A DNA stretch of 58,220 bases, taken from positions 1-58,220 of the forward strand of contig JAQXPY010000042.1 of NCBI GenBank assembly GCA_029100885.1. Direction: 5' to 3'. Both the position numbers and the translations under genes were made by a program. The stretch comes from Clostridiales bacterium. GTDB lineage: Bacteria > Bacillota > Clostridia > Lachnospirales > Lachnospiraceae. Shown piece by piece: positions 6,995-16,590 of the stretch. The number at the start of each line of letters is the position of its first letter. The first letter of the stretch is position 1. The notes under the pieces were generated by a model. That model was given only the letters and a program-made list of their open reading frames with translations. It did no database searches and was not told the origin of the DNA.

Positions 6995-8347
6995 ATGCTT
7001 TTGAAAACAGGAACAAAAGAAATTATGAAACGTGGCAGGAACCCTTTTGCAAACATAATCAAAAGGAATTATGATACACGAATCAGACTTGTATCTATGA
7101 GATCTTCCTTCCTGACAGGAAAGGCTGTGGCGGTCTCGCTGCTCGCAGGCGGCGCGGCCTCTTTTGCGATGCACAGAACACAGCCTGGAATCGTCCTGAT
7201 TTTTTTCGGAGCTGCGGCGCTTTTGTCCCGGAAAATGGCTCTTGACTCACTGAGGGATGTTGAATTTGAGGCAGAGGGAAGCAGATATGCAATGTTTCCG
7301 GACTCGGACTTCGAACTGATACTTAAGATAAATAATCATAAGGCTCTGCCGCTCATATGGCTGGAGGCGGCTTTCCCTGTAGAGGAGGATTCCCCTGTTC
7401 GTCCGGTAAACGAAGAGGATATATTTAGATCCGACGGACTCACCAGGGCGGATGAGGATCTGCCGGACTGTCCGATGCTGAGAATAAAGACAGCCTTTAT
7501 TATGCCTTATCAGGAATTGAAGATAAAGGTTCCGATGAAGGCAGTAAGGAGAGGAATCTTCAGCTTTGATATGATCAGGCTGTATTCGGGAGACGGTCTC
7601 GGTCTTGCGCAGGCCGGTATGACAGCGGCAGCCCCTGGCAGAAGCTTTGCCGTATTTCCGAGACCGGCTGATGTGAGCACAGAGCTGTTTACCAGAAATC
7701 AATGGATGAGCAAGGGCGGCAGCAGAGGCTGTACGGAGGATCCGACTCTTATAAGAGGCACAAGAGAATATCAGACGGGCGATCAGTGGAAGCGCATAAA
7801 CTGGAGGATGACTGCAAGGGGACTGCCTCTGACGGTCAATCTCCCGGAAATGATACTGCCTGCGTCGTCCCATTTTATTGTAGACGGTGAGAGCTTTGGA
7901 GGGACTGAGCCGCTAAGAGAGGAATTTGAACAGATGCTGGGCATTCTGTCCGGAATCATCCTCAGACTGGATGAAATGGGGCTCTCCTGTGGACTTACTC
8001 TGCCGGATTCTCTGCGTGGCAGAGGACAGACTCTGGATGCGGGAACAGATCCTGTGGGGCTTTTGTATGCATTAGCCGAATATGAGTTGAAAATGCCGGT
8101 ATATGATGAAAATAACGAATATATTCCGTCGGCATCGTTTTTTGACAAAAGGAGACTTATGAGGAGCATATCCTCGTCAGGTGCGGTTTATTATTTTACG
8201 GAAAATGCTTCCGCTGCCGATAAAGAAATCATAAGGATGGCAGAAGGAAGGATAATGCTGATAACATCAAGACAGCCGTCGGAAAAGGAGATCAGGTCCT
8301 CCGGCTGCAGAATAGTACCGTTTTCCGCGATACTCAGAAAGAAGTGA
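6995..8347 (+). CDS. DUF58 (vWA-like) protein, the usual MoxR partner; exact start uncertain (alternatives 7025, 7097)
   Basis: The REYQTGDQWKRINWRMTAR segment is the DUF58 signature. An N-terminal TM segment is present and the gene immediately follows moxR. Confidence 0.8.
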   Translation: MLLKTGTKEIMKRGRNPFANIIKRNYDTRIRLVSMRSSFLTGKAVAVSLLAGGAASFAMHRTQPGIVLIFFGAAALLSRKMALDSLRDVEFEAEGSRYAMFPDSDFELILKINNHKALPLIWLEAAFPVEEDSPVRPVNEEDIFRSDGLTRADEDLPDCPMLRIKTAFIMPYQELKIKVPMKAVRRGIFSFDMIRLYSGDGLGLAQAGMTAAAPGRSFAVFPRPADVSTELFTRNQWMSKGGSRGCTEDPTLIRGTREYQTGDQWKRINWRMTARGLPLTVNLPEMILPASSHFIVDGESFGGTEPLREEFEQMLGILSGIILRLDEMGLSCGLTLPDSLRGRGQTLDAGTDPVGLLYALAEYELKMPVYDENNEYIPSASFFDKRRLMRSISSSGAVYYFTENASAADKEIIRMAEGRIMLITSRQPSEKEIRSSGCRIVPFSAILRKK

Positions 8348-8435
8348 CAGTACACTGACATTGCGGTAATACGGAGTAATTGGAGAAGAAGTCGTCGGCA
8401 ATGCAGAGATATGGCAAAAACATGGAGGATGGAAA

Positions 8436-9770
8436 TTGGGTTCGGACAGAACTGAAAACATAAAGACGGCAGCTGCACTGTACTGCGATGTGGTGCTGTA
8501 TTTTTCCTTTTTGGTATTGAGAGATACCTTTGCAGGCGCGGGAGGTCATTCCGGAAGGGCGCTTGCGGTCTGGCTGCTTTCGGCAATGCTGGTGTATGGA
8601 GTGAACTGCCGGCTGCTGAAGAAGGAAAGGGAGCTTGGGAGCCTGATCGTTGCAAATCTTGCTATCGGAGTTCCTGCTGCCGCTGCGGTATTTTATATGA
8701 TGGGACCCTATGCTTCACTCTGGCAGATGGCATTTACGGCAGTCGGCATCATATTTATACATTGCCGCATCGTGAACCGTTTTTTTGATCGCGTTACTGT
8801 GGACGGATGTATCAGGGCCTTTGAAGTGTCAGTCTGTCTTATTACAGGCTATGTGCTTTTTAAAAGCCTCTATGAAATAGATGCTTCTACAGGTCCGTTT
8901 CTGATGTCTTCGGTGATCGCTTCGGTGGCATCGGTGATCGCTGCAAGACTGGAAAATGCTGAAAACCTCGGATCCGGACAGGGCAGGGCCGGACTCCTCG
9001 TTGTTTTTTCGCTGATTGCCGCGCTGGCAGCCGCCTGTACTCTCTTCGGTGTATATTTTTCCGATACTGCGGGGGAAATCATAAGAGGGTCTGCAGCAAC
9101 GGCAGCGGGAATAGCAGCCACGGTGATGAGGCTTCTCGGAAAGCTCGTAACGGCACTTCTGATGCTGCTTCCGGAGGGGGAATACGGAGAGTATATTCAG
9201 GAGCCTCAGCAGAGCATTGGCCTGACGGCTGAGGAGCTGCCGGAGCTAAGCTATGATCCCGGTCCTGCAGCGGTGCTGCTTGCAGCTGCGTTAGTGTCAG
9301 CGGCGCTTATCTGCGCCTTTCTGAAGCTCAGGCACCTGAAGCTGTCAGTACACAAAAAAAGACCTGTGCGTAAAGCTGCAAAGGCAGAATCGACAGGTTT
9401 TGCCGGAATGATCCGGCATATGCTTGAAGCTGTCCGCAGATCATTAAGGAGATTGATCGGAAGGCTTAGTATCAGAAATACTCCTGCGGGATCCGCTTTG
9501 TCCGCAGAGCGGATACTTAAGTATACACGGTATTCAAAGTCGGAGGGAGAAACATATCCTGCCTATATGCGCAGACTTGCGGACGAGCTGAAGGCTGAGG
9601 ACGTAAATCAGGCATCAATGCTGCTTGTGAGACTGGCCGACGAATTTGACAGGCAGTTTTTTGCAGGTGCCGCTCCGGTCACCTTGAGCCGGACCGAAAC
9701 AGCCGTCATAAAACGTGCGGTCAGACAGCTTGCGATTGCTGCACGAGCTGACAGCAGCGAAACAGAATGA
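8436..9770 (+). CDS. Polytopic membrane protein with a DUF4129-like C-terminal tail; third gene of the MoxR operon (TTG start)
   Basis: There are multiple hydrophobic helices, a late TM (AAVLLAAALVSAALICAF) followed by a basic stretch, and a C-terminal helical region. GGAGGA at 8424-8429 lies 6 nt before the TTG. I saw no transglutaminase Cys-His-Asp core. Confidence 0.55.
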   Translation: MGSDRTENIKTAAALYCDVVLYFSFLVLRDTFAGAGGHSGRALAVWLLSAMLVYGVNCRLLKKERELGSLIVANLAIGVPAAAAVFYMMGPYASLWQMAFTAVGIIFIHCRIVNRFFDRVTVDGCIRAFEVSVCLITGYVLFKSLYEIDASTGPFLMSSVIASVASVIAARLENAENLGSGQGRAGLLVVFSLIAALAAACTLFGVYFSDTAGEIIRGSAATAAGIAATVMRLLGKLVTALLMLLPEGEYGEYIQEPQQSIGLTAEELPELSYDPGPAAVLLAAALVSAALICAFLKLRHLKLSVHKKRPVRKAAKAESTGFAGMIRHMLEAVRRSLRRLIGRLSIRNTPAGSALSAERILKYTRYSKSEGETYPAYMRRLADELKAEDVNQASMLLVRLADEFDRQFFAGAAPVTLSRTETAVIKRAVRQLAIAARADSSETE

Positions 9771-9853
9771 CCGGAACAGAACAGAATGAGCTGAACCGTA
9801 TAGAATAAAATAATCCGAACGGCGGGGCTCACAGCTTATTATGAAAGACTCCT

Positions 9854-11059
9854 TCAGGGTATGATAACGGGAGAGCGCTCATATTCATTGGATGACAGTG
9901 CAGCCTGATAATACAGATTACTGAATCGGATCTCCTGTTTTAAAAGCTCTCTGTGGTCAGCGGTCTTGGTTATAACGGGCACTGAGGCGGCAGCCTTCAG
10001 CAGCGATAGAAGTCCGGCGGAGGAACGACGAAAACCAAGTATTTTCAGATAAGAGATCATGCCTTCGCTTATGGCGGAGGCTTTTTCCTTATCGGTGATT
10101 CCTATGGCAGCAGCCAGCAGGGCTCTTGAAATACGGGTATATGTATACTGCTTTGTCTTTGTATCCAGGACACGTTCGGTGAAGCTCAGAGAAAGGTCTG
10201 CTCTGTTGACAAGCCGTCGGGCAATGTCCGGAGAGATTCCCGCGTATTGCTCTAACGGCAGACCGAGATAGGCTGCGTCCAGCAGAACCTTTGAGAGGAC
10301 TAATGAAAAGGCGTCAGGATATACGGGTGATGCAGCACGGTACAGCCTTTCCGCTTCATGAGGAATAAAACTGCCGAGGCTATCTGCAGCAGAAGACTTC
10401 AGGATTTTTCTCAGGTATGTGGCAGAACAGTAGCGTGAGTCTGCAGAATACTCCATGGAATAATTATCACCGACTCTTGCTATGGCAATGGGCGTTATTC
10501 TGTGTTCCGGATCATATTTTTTCAGAGCTCTCAGATATTCTGCCGCAAGGATGTTGTTGGCTGAAGAGATCCCGGGGATCTCTCTTCCGCCGAAAAATGC
10601 GGCGGCACGGGAAACAGCCTTAGGGTATGTATACCCGGATCTTAACAGCTCTCTTATATATTCAGAGGCTTCCGGCGACTCGTCATCCAGAAGCTCAGCA
10701 TAGCCTTCGAGCTCTCTGAGAGTAATTCCCTCCTCGGTTCCGAAGCATAGGAAGTCTGCTATGCCTGATAAAAGAGCTGTTTTTACTCCGGCCTGCGCAA
10801 ATTCACCGGCAGGAGCAGTGGAAAACAGTGTAGGAAGCTCTATTACAAGATCTGCATAGCCATCGGCGCCGTCTCCCTTAAGAGCGGCAGCTGTCCGGAT
10901 ATATTTGTCAAATACAGCAGGCTCTCCCCGCTGTACGTAATTGCCGCTCATTATGGCAATGATATGATCCGCGCCCAGCTCTTTTCTTATCTTACCGAGC
11001 AGATAGGCGTGGCCGTTATGAAAAGGATTGAATTCACATATTACAGCAGCGATCCTCAA
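9854..11059 (-). CDS. tmcAL: tRNA(Met) cytidine acetate ligase (TmcAL, YlbM/UPF0348 nucleotidyltransferase family)
   Basis: The N-terminus (M)RIAAVICEFNPFHNGHAYLLGKIR carries the HIGH-type nucleotidyltransferase motif characteristic of TmcAL. TTG start with GAGGAGG RBS. Confidence 0.8.
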   Translation of the reverse strand: MRIAAVICEFNPFHNGHAYLLGKIRKELGADHIIAIMSGNYVQRGEPAVFDKYIRTAAALKGDGADGYADLVIELPTLFSTAPAGEFAQAGVKTALLSGIADFLCFGTEEGITLRELEGYAELLDDESPEASEYIRELLRSGYTYPKAVSRAAAFFGGREIPGISSANNILAAEYLRALKKYDPEHRITPIAIARVGDNYSMEYSADSRYCSATYLRKILKSSAADSLGSFIPHEAERLYRAASPVYPDAFSLVLSKVLLDAAYLGLPLEQYAGISPDIARRLVNRADLSLSFTERVLDTKTKQYTYTRISRALLAAAIGITDKEKASAISEGMISYLKILGFRRSSAGLLSLLKAAASVPVITKTADHRELLKQEIRFSNLYYQAALSSNEYERSPVIIP

Positions 11060-11276
11060 AGCTTCTGAAACCTCCTCACGGACATATGATCATTATGTGA
11101 TCCGAAGTGTTAATACAGTCTGAAGGTTTATGACTTTTTAACGGTTCGGAACATTTCGGGACATTAATTTCATTTTCAGTTATACTATTAAAATATATTA
11201 TTAGAATATACTATATCAGTTATCAAATATCAAAAAGAAAGGAGCGGATCAGAGACGCACCGACGATCCGCAATAT

Positions 11277-12926
11277 ATGGATATGGATTCAAAACTATAT
11301 TATATTCTTGCGTATTTTATCCTCTATTCTTTTCTTGGCTGGTGTCTGGAGGTGGCGTTCAATGCGGTGACTTCGGGAAGGATCGTAAACAGGGGCTTTC
11401 TGAACGGACCTCTGTGCCCGATATACGGCTTCGGAATGACGGCTGTCATTCTCATACTTACACCGGTCAAGGACAATCTGCTGCTGCTGTTTTTTGGAGG
11501 AGCCATGTTTGCAACGCTTATCGAGCTTGCCGGAGGCTTCATACTGCTGAAGCTTTTTTCAATGAGATGGTGGGATTATACGAACGAGCCCTTTAATCTC
11601 GGAGGCTACATCTGCCTCAGGTTTTCCGCAGCATGGGGTATATGTATACTATTTGCTATGAAGATAATACATCCTGTGGTTGAGCTGAATGTTTATCTGC
11701 TGGACGGATTTATCGGACACTTCCTTCTGATCGCCGCATATCTGGTGTTTGCGGCTGATCTTGCGGCAACTGTTATGACCATAACCAAGCTCAATAAAAG
11801 ACTTTCGAGGCTTAATGAGTTCTCTCATGATATACGTTCCTTCAGTGATGAGCTGACGGATAAAATAGGAAAAACTGCATTTGATGCCAATATCAGGTAT
11901 CAGAGGGGAAGAGTTCAGGCGGCACTTGGCATGGCGGAGCTTGAGGAGGAGCTGGACGAATTAAGAGACAGGATCGATACAGACAGAGCTCGCAAAAGGT
12001 CTGAGCTGCGCTTAAGAACAGAAGAGATCAGGGACAGGGTAGAGGAATCCTTTGAAAGCATTTTCGAAGAAACAGCGGAAAGGATCAGAAAACACAAGCA
12101 CTTCGGATACGGAAGACTCTTAAGAGCATTTCCGGATGCGAAGCATGCGCAGTACAATGAAGAGCTGAGGAGGCTGATAATGGCAATTAATGTTCAGTCC
12201 GGGGAGACAGAATATGTAAAGTCTGCAGAGAAAAAAAACACACAAGACAGGGAAGCGGATGATGTACAGGGAGAAGAGACAGATGTACGATCTGCTCCCG
12301 AAGAGGCCCAGAAATCGTCAAAAACAGGAACCGTAATATGCTTCGGGGATTCCAATACATACGGCTATGATCCGTATACAGGCAGTCGGTATCCGTCATC
12401 AGTCAGATGGACAGATATCATCGAAAGAGAGACAGGTATAAAAACGGTAAATGCAGGTCTTAACGGCAGACAGATACCCCATACTCCGTATGAGCTATCC
12501 GAGCTTATTTCCTATTTAGACAAGGCGGCAGAGGGAGCCTATGATGCTCCGGTGATGCTGTGGATAATGCTGGGTACAAATGATATTCAGATGAACTATG
12601 GTTACACAGCCGAAAAGGCGGTCGAAAGGATGAGAAGCCTTCTTACGGAGCTTATGAAACACAGAGCAGTCAGAGAACAGACAGTGAAGCTATGCGTTAT
12701 CAGCCCTGCAGGTGTAAGAGAGGGCTCCTGGTCAGACAGCCGGTGCGTGACAGAGATCGACAGGCTCCGGGGGCTTCTGCAGATGCTGTGCGGAGAGCTG
12801 GGGCTTTGCTTTGCGGATCTCGGAGGAGAACCGATAGAGCTTGGTCCCGACGGAGATCATTTTACTCCTGCCGGGCATCGCAGAGCGGCGGATTTTATGA
12901 TGCAGACGCTTGTGTTACAAAATTAA
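11277..12926 (+). CDS. Fusion protein: N-terminal membrane domain of the 'putative ABC-transporter type IV' (CmpB-like) family, a coiled-coil/acidic linker, and a C-terminal SGNH/GDSL hydrolase
   Basis: The N-terminus YSFLGWCLEVAFNAV...GFLNGPLCPIYGFG is typical of that membrane family. The C-terminal domain has all four SGNH blocks: ICFGDSNTYG (I), NAGLNGRQ (II), LGTNDI (III), DGDHFTPAGH (V). Confidence 0.75.
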   Translation: MDMDSKLYYILAYFILYSFLGWCLEVAFNAVTSGRIVNRGFLNGPLCPIYGFGMTAVILILTPVKDNLLLLFFGGAMFATLIELAGGFILLKLFSMRWWDYTNEPFNLGGYICLRFSAAWGICILFAMKIIHPVVELNVYLLDGFIGHFLLIAAYLVFAADLAATVMTITKLNKRLSRLNEFSHDIRSFSDELTDKIGKTAFDANIRYQRGRVQAALGMAELEEELDELRDRIDTDRARKRSELRLRTEEIRDRVEESFESIFEETAERIRKHKHFGYGRLLRAFPDAKHAQYNEELRRLIMAINVQSGETEYVKSAEKKNTQDREADDVQGEETDVRSAPEEAQKSSKTGTVICFGDSNTYGYDPYTGSRYPSSVRWTDIIERETGIKTVNAGLNGRQIPHTPYELSELISYLDKAAEGAYDAPVMLWIMLGTNDIQMNYGYTAEKAVERMRSLLTELMKHRAVREQTVKLCVISPAGVREGSWSDSRCVTEIDRLRGLLQMLCGELGLCFADLGGEPIELGPDGDHFTPAGHRRAADFMMQTLVLQN

Positions 12927-13059
12927 CAAATACAGATGCCGTTCCTGTTGTATTTTTGTGTATTTTTATCGCTTTTTCCAAAAAGAATATTGTAATTAAA
13001 GAAAAAAATGTTAAACTTTTTAAATATAAGTTAAGTATGGTGATTGCAGAAAGATAACA

Positions 13060-13899
13060 ATGAAGTCTGAATTCTGGGAAAAAATGTTATACGGACCGAG
13101 ACGTATCCTTGTTACCGGTCATTTCGGAAGCGGGAAGACAGAGTTTTCTGTTTCTCTCGCTTTTGCACTTGCTGAAAGGATGTCAGTCGCAGGAAACAGA
13201 GTAAATGACACAACGGGAGCGATCGTTCCGGGTGCCTCCGGGACAGGAGCTGCAGTGGATGATGCCGTGTACGGGCGGCCGCTCAGGGAGAGCAGGCTGG
13301 CTCTTGCCGATCTGGATATAGAAAACCCATATTTCAGAAGCCGTGAGCGTCAGGATGAGTTGAATGCCGCAGGCGTCAGAGTCTATTCCGATCCCTTTAA
13401 CGGCAGAAACGGGTCGGAGCTTCAGGTCATCAGCGCCTCAGTCCTGGCTCCTGTACAGGATCCGGAATGCCGCATAATCATCGACACCGGCGGAGACAAG
13501 TCGGGAGCCATGGTCCTCAATCAGTTCAGCAGACATTTCGGAGATGATTATCAGCTCTTAAGCGTGGTCAACTGCAACAGACCGGGAACCGATACACCGG
13601 AAAAGGCTGCCGTTCAGATTCGGGAAGCCCAGGCTGTGACCGGTCTTAAGGTCACCGGACTTGTTTCAAACGCTCATTTTATCAGATATACTTCGGCAGA
13701 GGATGTTTTGCATGGTCTTGATTTTACTATGAAGGTCTCAGAGCTTACCGGAATCCCGGTTCTGTGTGCCTGTGCCATGGATTCTGTCTGTTCGGAGGTC
13801 CGGAAGGCTGTTTCCGAGGGCAAAGCGGAGCTTAAGGGTGCGGAGCTTTTCAGGATCGGCATGTATATGAGAGAGTCATACCTCGATAAGAGAGTATAA
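13060..13899 (+). CDS. P-loop NTPase (SIMIBI/MinD-Mrp-like), first gene of the 2-oxoacid:ferredoxin oxidoreductase cluster
   Basis: Walker A GHFGSGKTE, an ADLDIENPYF switch-like segment, a Walker B-like IIIDTGGD and VVNCNRPG. A low-complexity insert (NDTTGAIVPGASGTGAAVDD) follows the Walker A helix. Confidence 0.65.
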   Translation: MKSEFWEKMLYGPRRILVTGHFGSGKTEFSVSLAFALAERMSVAGNRVNDTTGAIVPGASGTGAAVDDAVYGRPLRESRLALADLDIENPYFRSRERQDELNAAGVRVYSDPFNGRNGSELQVISASVLAPVQDPECRIIIDTGGDKSGAMVLNQFSRHFGDDYQLLSVVNCNRPGTDTPEKAAVQIREAQAVTGLKVTGLVSNAHFIRYTSAEDVLHGLDFTMKVSELTGIPVLCACAMDSVCSEVRKAVSEGKAELKGAELFRIGMYMRESYLDKRV

Positions 13900-13949
13900 A
13901 TTTTAATGAAAACCATTCTTCTTTAAAATATCAGAAAGGAGTTCAGGTA

Positions 13950-14174
13950 ATGAAAAGAAGATTTAAAGTACTTTTCAACAAGGAGAAATGCAAGGGCTGT
14001 GAGCTGTGTATTTCCTTCTGTCCTAAGAAGATACTGGGTCTGGATCCTGAGGTGAATTCCAAGGGCTATCATCCTGCCGGTATTATCAACGAGGAGGAAT
14101 GCATAGGCTGCCGGAGCTGTGCGACCATGTGTCCTGACTGCTGCATTACCATTCAGGAGATTGAGGAGGCATAA
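13950..14174 (+). CDS. 2-oxoacid:ferredoxin oxidoreductase delta subunit (2x[4Fe-4S] ferredoxin domain)
   Basis: Two CxxCxxCxxxCP motifs (CKGCELCISFCP and CIGCRSCATMCP). GGAG RBS. It immediately precedes the alpha subunit. Confidence 0.85.
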   Translation: MKRRFKVLFNKEKCKGCELCISFCPKKILGLDPEVNSKGYHPAGIINEEECIGCRSCATMCPDCCITIQEIEEA

Positions 14175-14176
14175 TT

Positions 14177-15253
14177 ATGAGCAAGGTTTTAATGAAAGGA
14201 AATGAGGCATTTGCGGAGGCTGCTATCAGAGGCGGCTGTAAATGCTACTTTGGTTACCCTATCACTCCTCAGAACGAGGTTCCCGAGTACATGAGCCATG
14301 AGCTGCCTAAGGCAGGCGGAGCATTTATTCAGGCCGAGAGCGAGCTGGCTGCCGTCAATATGGCGTATGGCGCAGCTGCCAGCGGAGGAAGAGTATTTAT
14401 ATCTACCAGTTCTCCGGGACTTGCGCTTATGCAGGAGGGACTTGGCTTTATCTGCTCCTGTGAGGTTCCGCTGGTCGTTATGAATGTTTCAAGAGGCGGT
14501 CCCGGTGTCGGAGGTATTCAGCCAGGTCAGGCGGACTATTTCCAGGTCACCAGAGGCGGATACAACGGTGATGCAAGGATTCCGGTTTTTGCCCCTGCAA
14601 ATATTCAGGAGAGCGTGGATCTTATTTATGAATGCTTTGATATCGCCGAGAAATACCGCAATCCTGTTGTCATCTTTGCCGACGGTATGCTCGGTCAGAT
14701 GATGGAGCCGGTAGAGCTTCCGGAGCACAAGGGAATCCTTCCTGAGGATAAGATCTCAGAGGTCAAGCCATGGGCTATTACCGGAACCGATAATCATGAG
14801 GGAAGAAACGTTATCTATTCGCTCAGACTTCAGCCTGATGTGCTCGAGAATCATGTACACCATATGTTTGAAAAGTATGCAGAGGCTGAGAGGGAGCTGG
14901 TACGCTATAAGACTGTCGGTCTTGAGGATGCGGAGATCGTATTTGTTGCATTCGGAACTATGTCCAGGATCTGCGCAGAGGCTATTGAGCTTCTTGAGGA
15001 GCAGGGAGTTAAGGCCGGTCTTATCAGACCGATAAGCCTGTGGCCGTTCCCTAAGGCCGCCTTTGATGAGATCGGAGCAAAGACAAAGCTCGTTATTTCC
15101 ACAGAGCTTTCCATGGGACAGATGATCGAGGATGTAAAGATGGCATGTGCCGGAAGATGGCCGGTGGGTCTTATCAACCGTACAGGCGGAATCGTTCCGT
15201 CTTCAAGAGAGGTTGCGGACCGTGCTCTCAAAGCCCTTCAGGAGGTGAAATAA
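14177..15253 (+). CDS. 2-oxoacid:ferredoxin oxidoreductase alpha subunit (VorB/KorA-like)
   Basis: MKGNEAFAEAAIRGGCKCYFGYPITPQNE...AESELAAVNMAYGAAASGGR is the conserved OFOR alpha N-terminus. The gene is packed tightly against its neighbours. Confidence 0.9.
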   Translation: MSKVLMKGNEAFAEAAIRGGCKCYFGYPITPQNEVPEYMSHELPKAGGAFIQAESELAAVNMAYGAAASGGRVFISTSSPGLALMQEGLGFICSCEVPLVVMNVSRGGPGVGGIQPGQADYFQVTRGGYNGDARIPVFAPANIQESVDLIYECFDIAEKYRNPVVIFADGMLGQMMEPVELPEHKGILPEDKISEVKPWAITGTDNHEGRNVIYSLRLQPDVLENHVHHMFEKYAEAERELVRYKTVGLEDAEIVFVAFGTMSRICAEAIELLEEQGVKAGLIRPISLWPFPKAAFDEIGAKTKLVISTELSMGQMIEDVKMACAGRWPVGLINRTGGIVPSSREVADRALKALQEVK

Positions 15254-15997
15254 ATGAAGACGATATTTGAGCCTACAAAGGGAATGCTCCCTGTTGATAC
15301 AAGCTACTGCCCTGGATGCACTCACGGAATCGCTCACCGCATTATCATGGAGGTCCTTGAGGAGAGAGGAGATCTCGGCAAGACTATCGGAGTGGTTCCG
15401 ATCGGATGCTCCATCAATGCACATCATTTTATGAATATCGATATGTGCGAGTCTACCCACGGAAGAGCTCCGGCAATTGCTTCAGGTATCAGAAGAGTAC
15501 ATCCGGACAAGGTGATCTTCACCTATCAGGGTGACGGAGATCTGGCATCTATCGGTGCGGGAGAGATTATACATGCCGCCCACAGAGGCGAAAAGTTTAC
15601 CACCTTCTTTATCAATAACGGTATCTACGGCATGACCGGAGGACAGATGGCTCCGACCACCCTTATCGGACAGAAGGCTACCACCTGTGTTGACGGAAGA
15701 ACCGTAGAGCAGGCGGGCAAGCCTCTCAGAATGTGTGAGATCATTTCTCAGATAGACTGTGCTGTATTTGTAGAAAGGGTCATGCTCAACAACCCTGCAA
15801 ATGTCCGCAAGGCAAAGGAGGTTGTCCGCAAGGCTCTCGAGATCCAGGATGCCCGTCTCGGCTTTACCTTTGTCGAATTCCTGAGCTCCTGCCCAACCAA
15901 CTGGGGCCTGACTCCTGTGGATTCTCTGAAGTTCATTGAGAAGGACATGGCTGAGTATTATCCAGTTAAAAACTTTAAGACACCGGAGGGATTTTGA
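15254..15997 (+). CDS. 2-oxoacid:ferredoxin oxidoreductase beta subunit (TPP-binding)
   Basis: CPGCTHG cluster ligands near the N-terminus and the TPP motif GDGDLASIGAGE...NNGIYGMTGGQ. Confidence 0.9.
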   Translation: MKTIFEPTKGMLPVDTSYCPGCTHGIAHRIIMEVLEERGDLGKTIGVVPIGCSINAHHFMNIDMCESTHGRAPAIASGIRRVHPDKVIFTYQGDGDLASIGAGEIIHAAHRGEKFTTFFINNGIYGMTGGQMAPTTLIGQKATTCVDGRTVEQAGKPLRMCEIISQIDCAVFVERVMLNNPANVRKAKEVVRKALEIQDARLGFTFVEFLSSCPTNWGLTPVDSLKFIEKDMAEYYPVKNFKTPEGF

Positions 15998-16527
15998 TTA
16001 TGAAAAAGAAGATGTTCTTTGCAGGAAGCGGAGGACAGGGGGCCCTCGCAATTGGTCAGATGATAGCAAAAGCAGGTATGGAAGAAGGAAATGAAGTCAC
16101 ATGGCTTCCTTCCTACGGCCCGGAAATGAGAGGCGGTACGGCAAACTGTACGGTGATAGTATCTGACAAGCCTATCAGCTGTCCGCTCATCAATGATGCC
16201 GATGTTCTGGTTGCCATGAATCTGCCGTCGCTCAGAAAATTTGAATCCATGGTCAATCCGGGCGGTTATATTTTTATCAACAGCTCCATGGTTCCGGAGA
16301 CCTCGACACGTACAGATGTCAAGGTTATCGAAATTCCGGCAAACGAAAAGGCTGTGGAGATCGGGAATGACAGGGCGGCAAACATCGTCATGCTCGGTGC
16401 GATCCTTGCGGAGACAGGCTGCTGTAAAAAGGAGACTATCCTTCATCAGATGGAGAAGATGTTCTCCGGCAGAAAGGCAAAGTTCCTTCCTGCAAATATC
16501 GCGGCGCTGGAGCTCTACTGCAAATGA
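15994..16527 (+). CDS. 2-oxoacid:ferredoxin oxidoreductase gamma subunit
   Basis: GSGGQGALAIGQMIAKAG...SYGPEMRGGTANC is the conserved gamma-subunit signature. Its start overlaps the beta-subunit stop by 4 nt. Confidence 0.9.
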   Translation: MIMKKKMFFAGSGGQGALAIGQMIAKAGMEEGNEVTWLPSYGPEMRGGTANCTVIVSDKPISCPLINDADVLVAMNLPSLRKFESMVNPGGYIFINSSMVPETSTRTDVKVIEIPANEKAVEIGNDRAANIVMLGAILAETGCCKKETILHQMEKMFSGRKAKFLPANIAALELYCK

Positions 16528-16590
16528 TCTGCTGCAAACCTTATAAACATATTTTGCATATAATTGTTTTATTTTCTCAGGAGGAAAATT

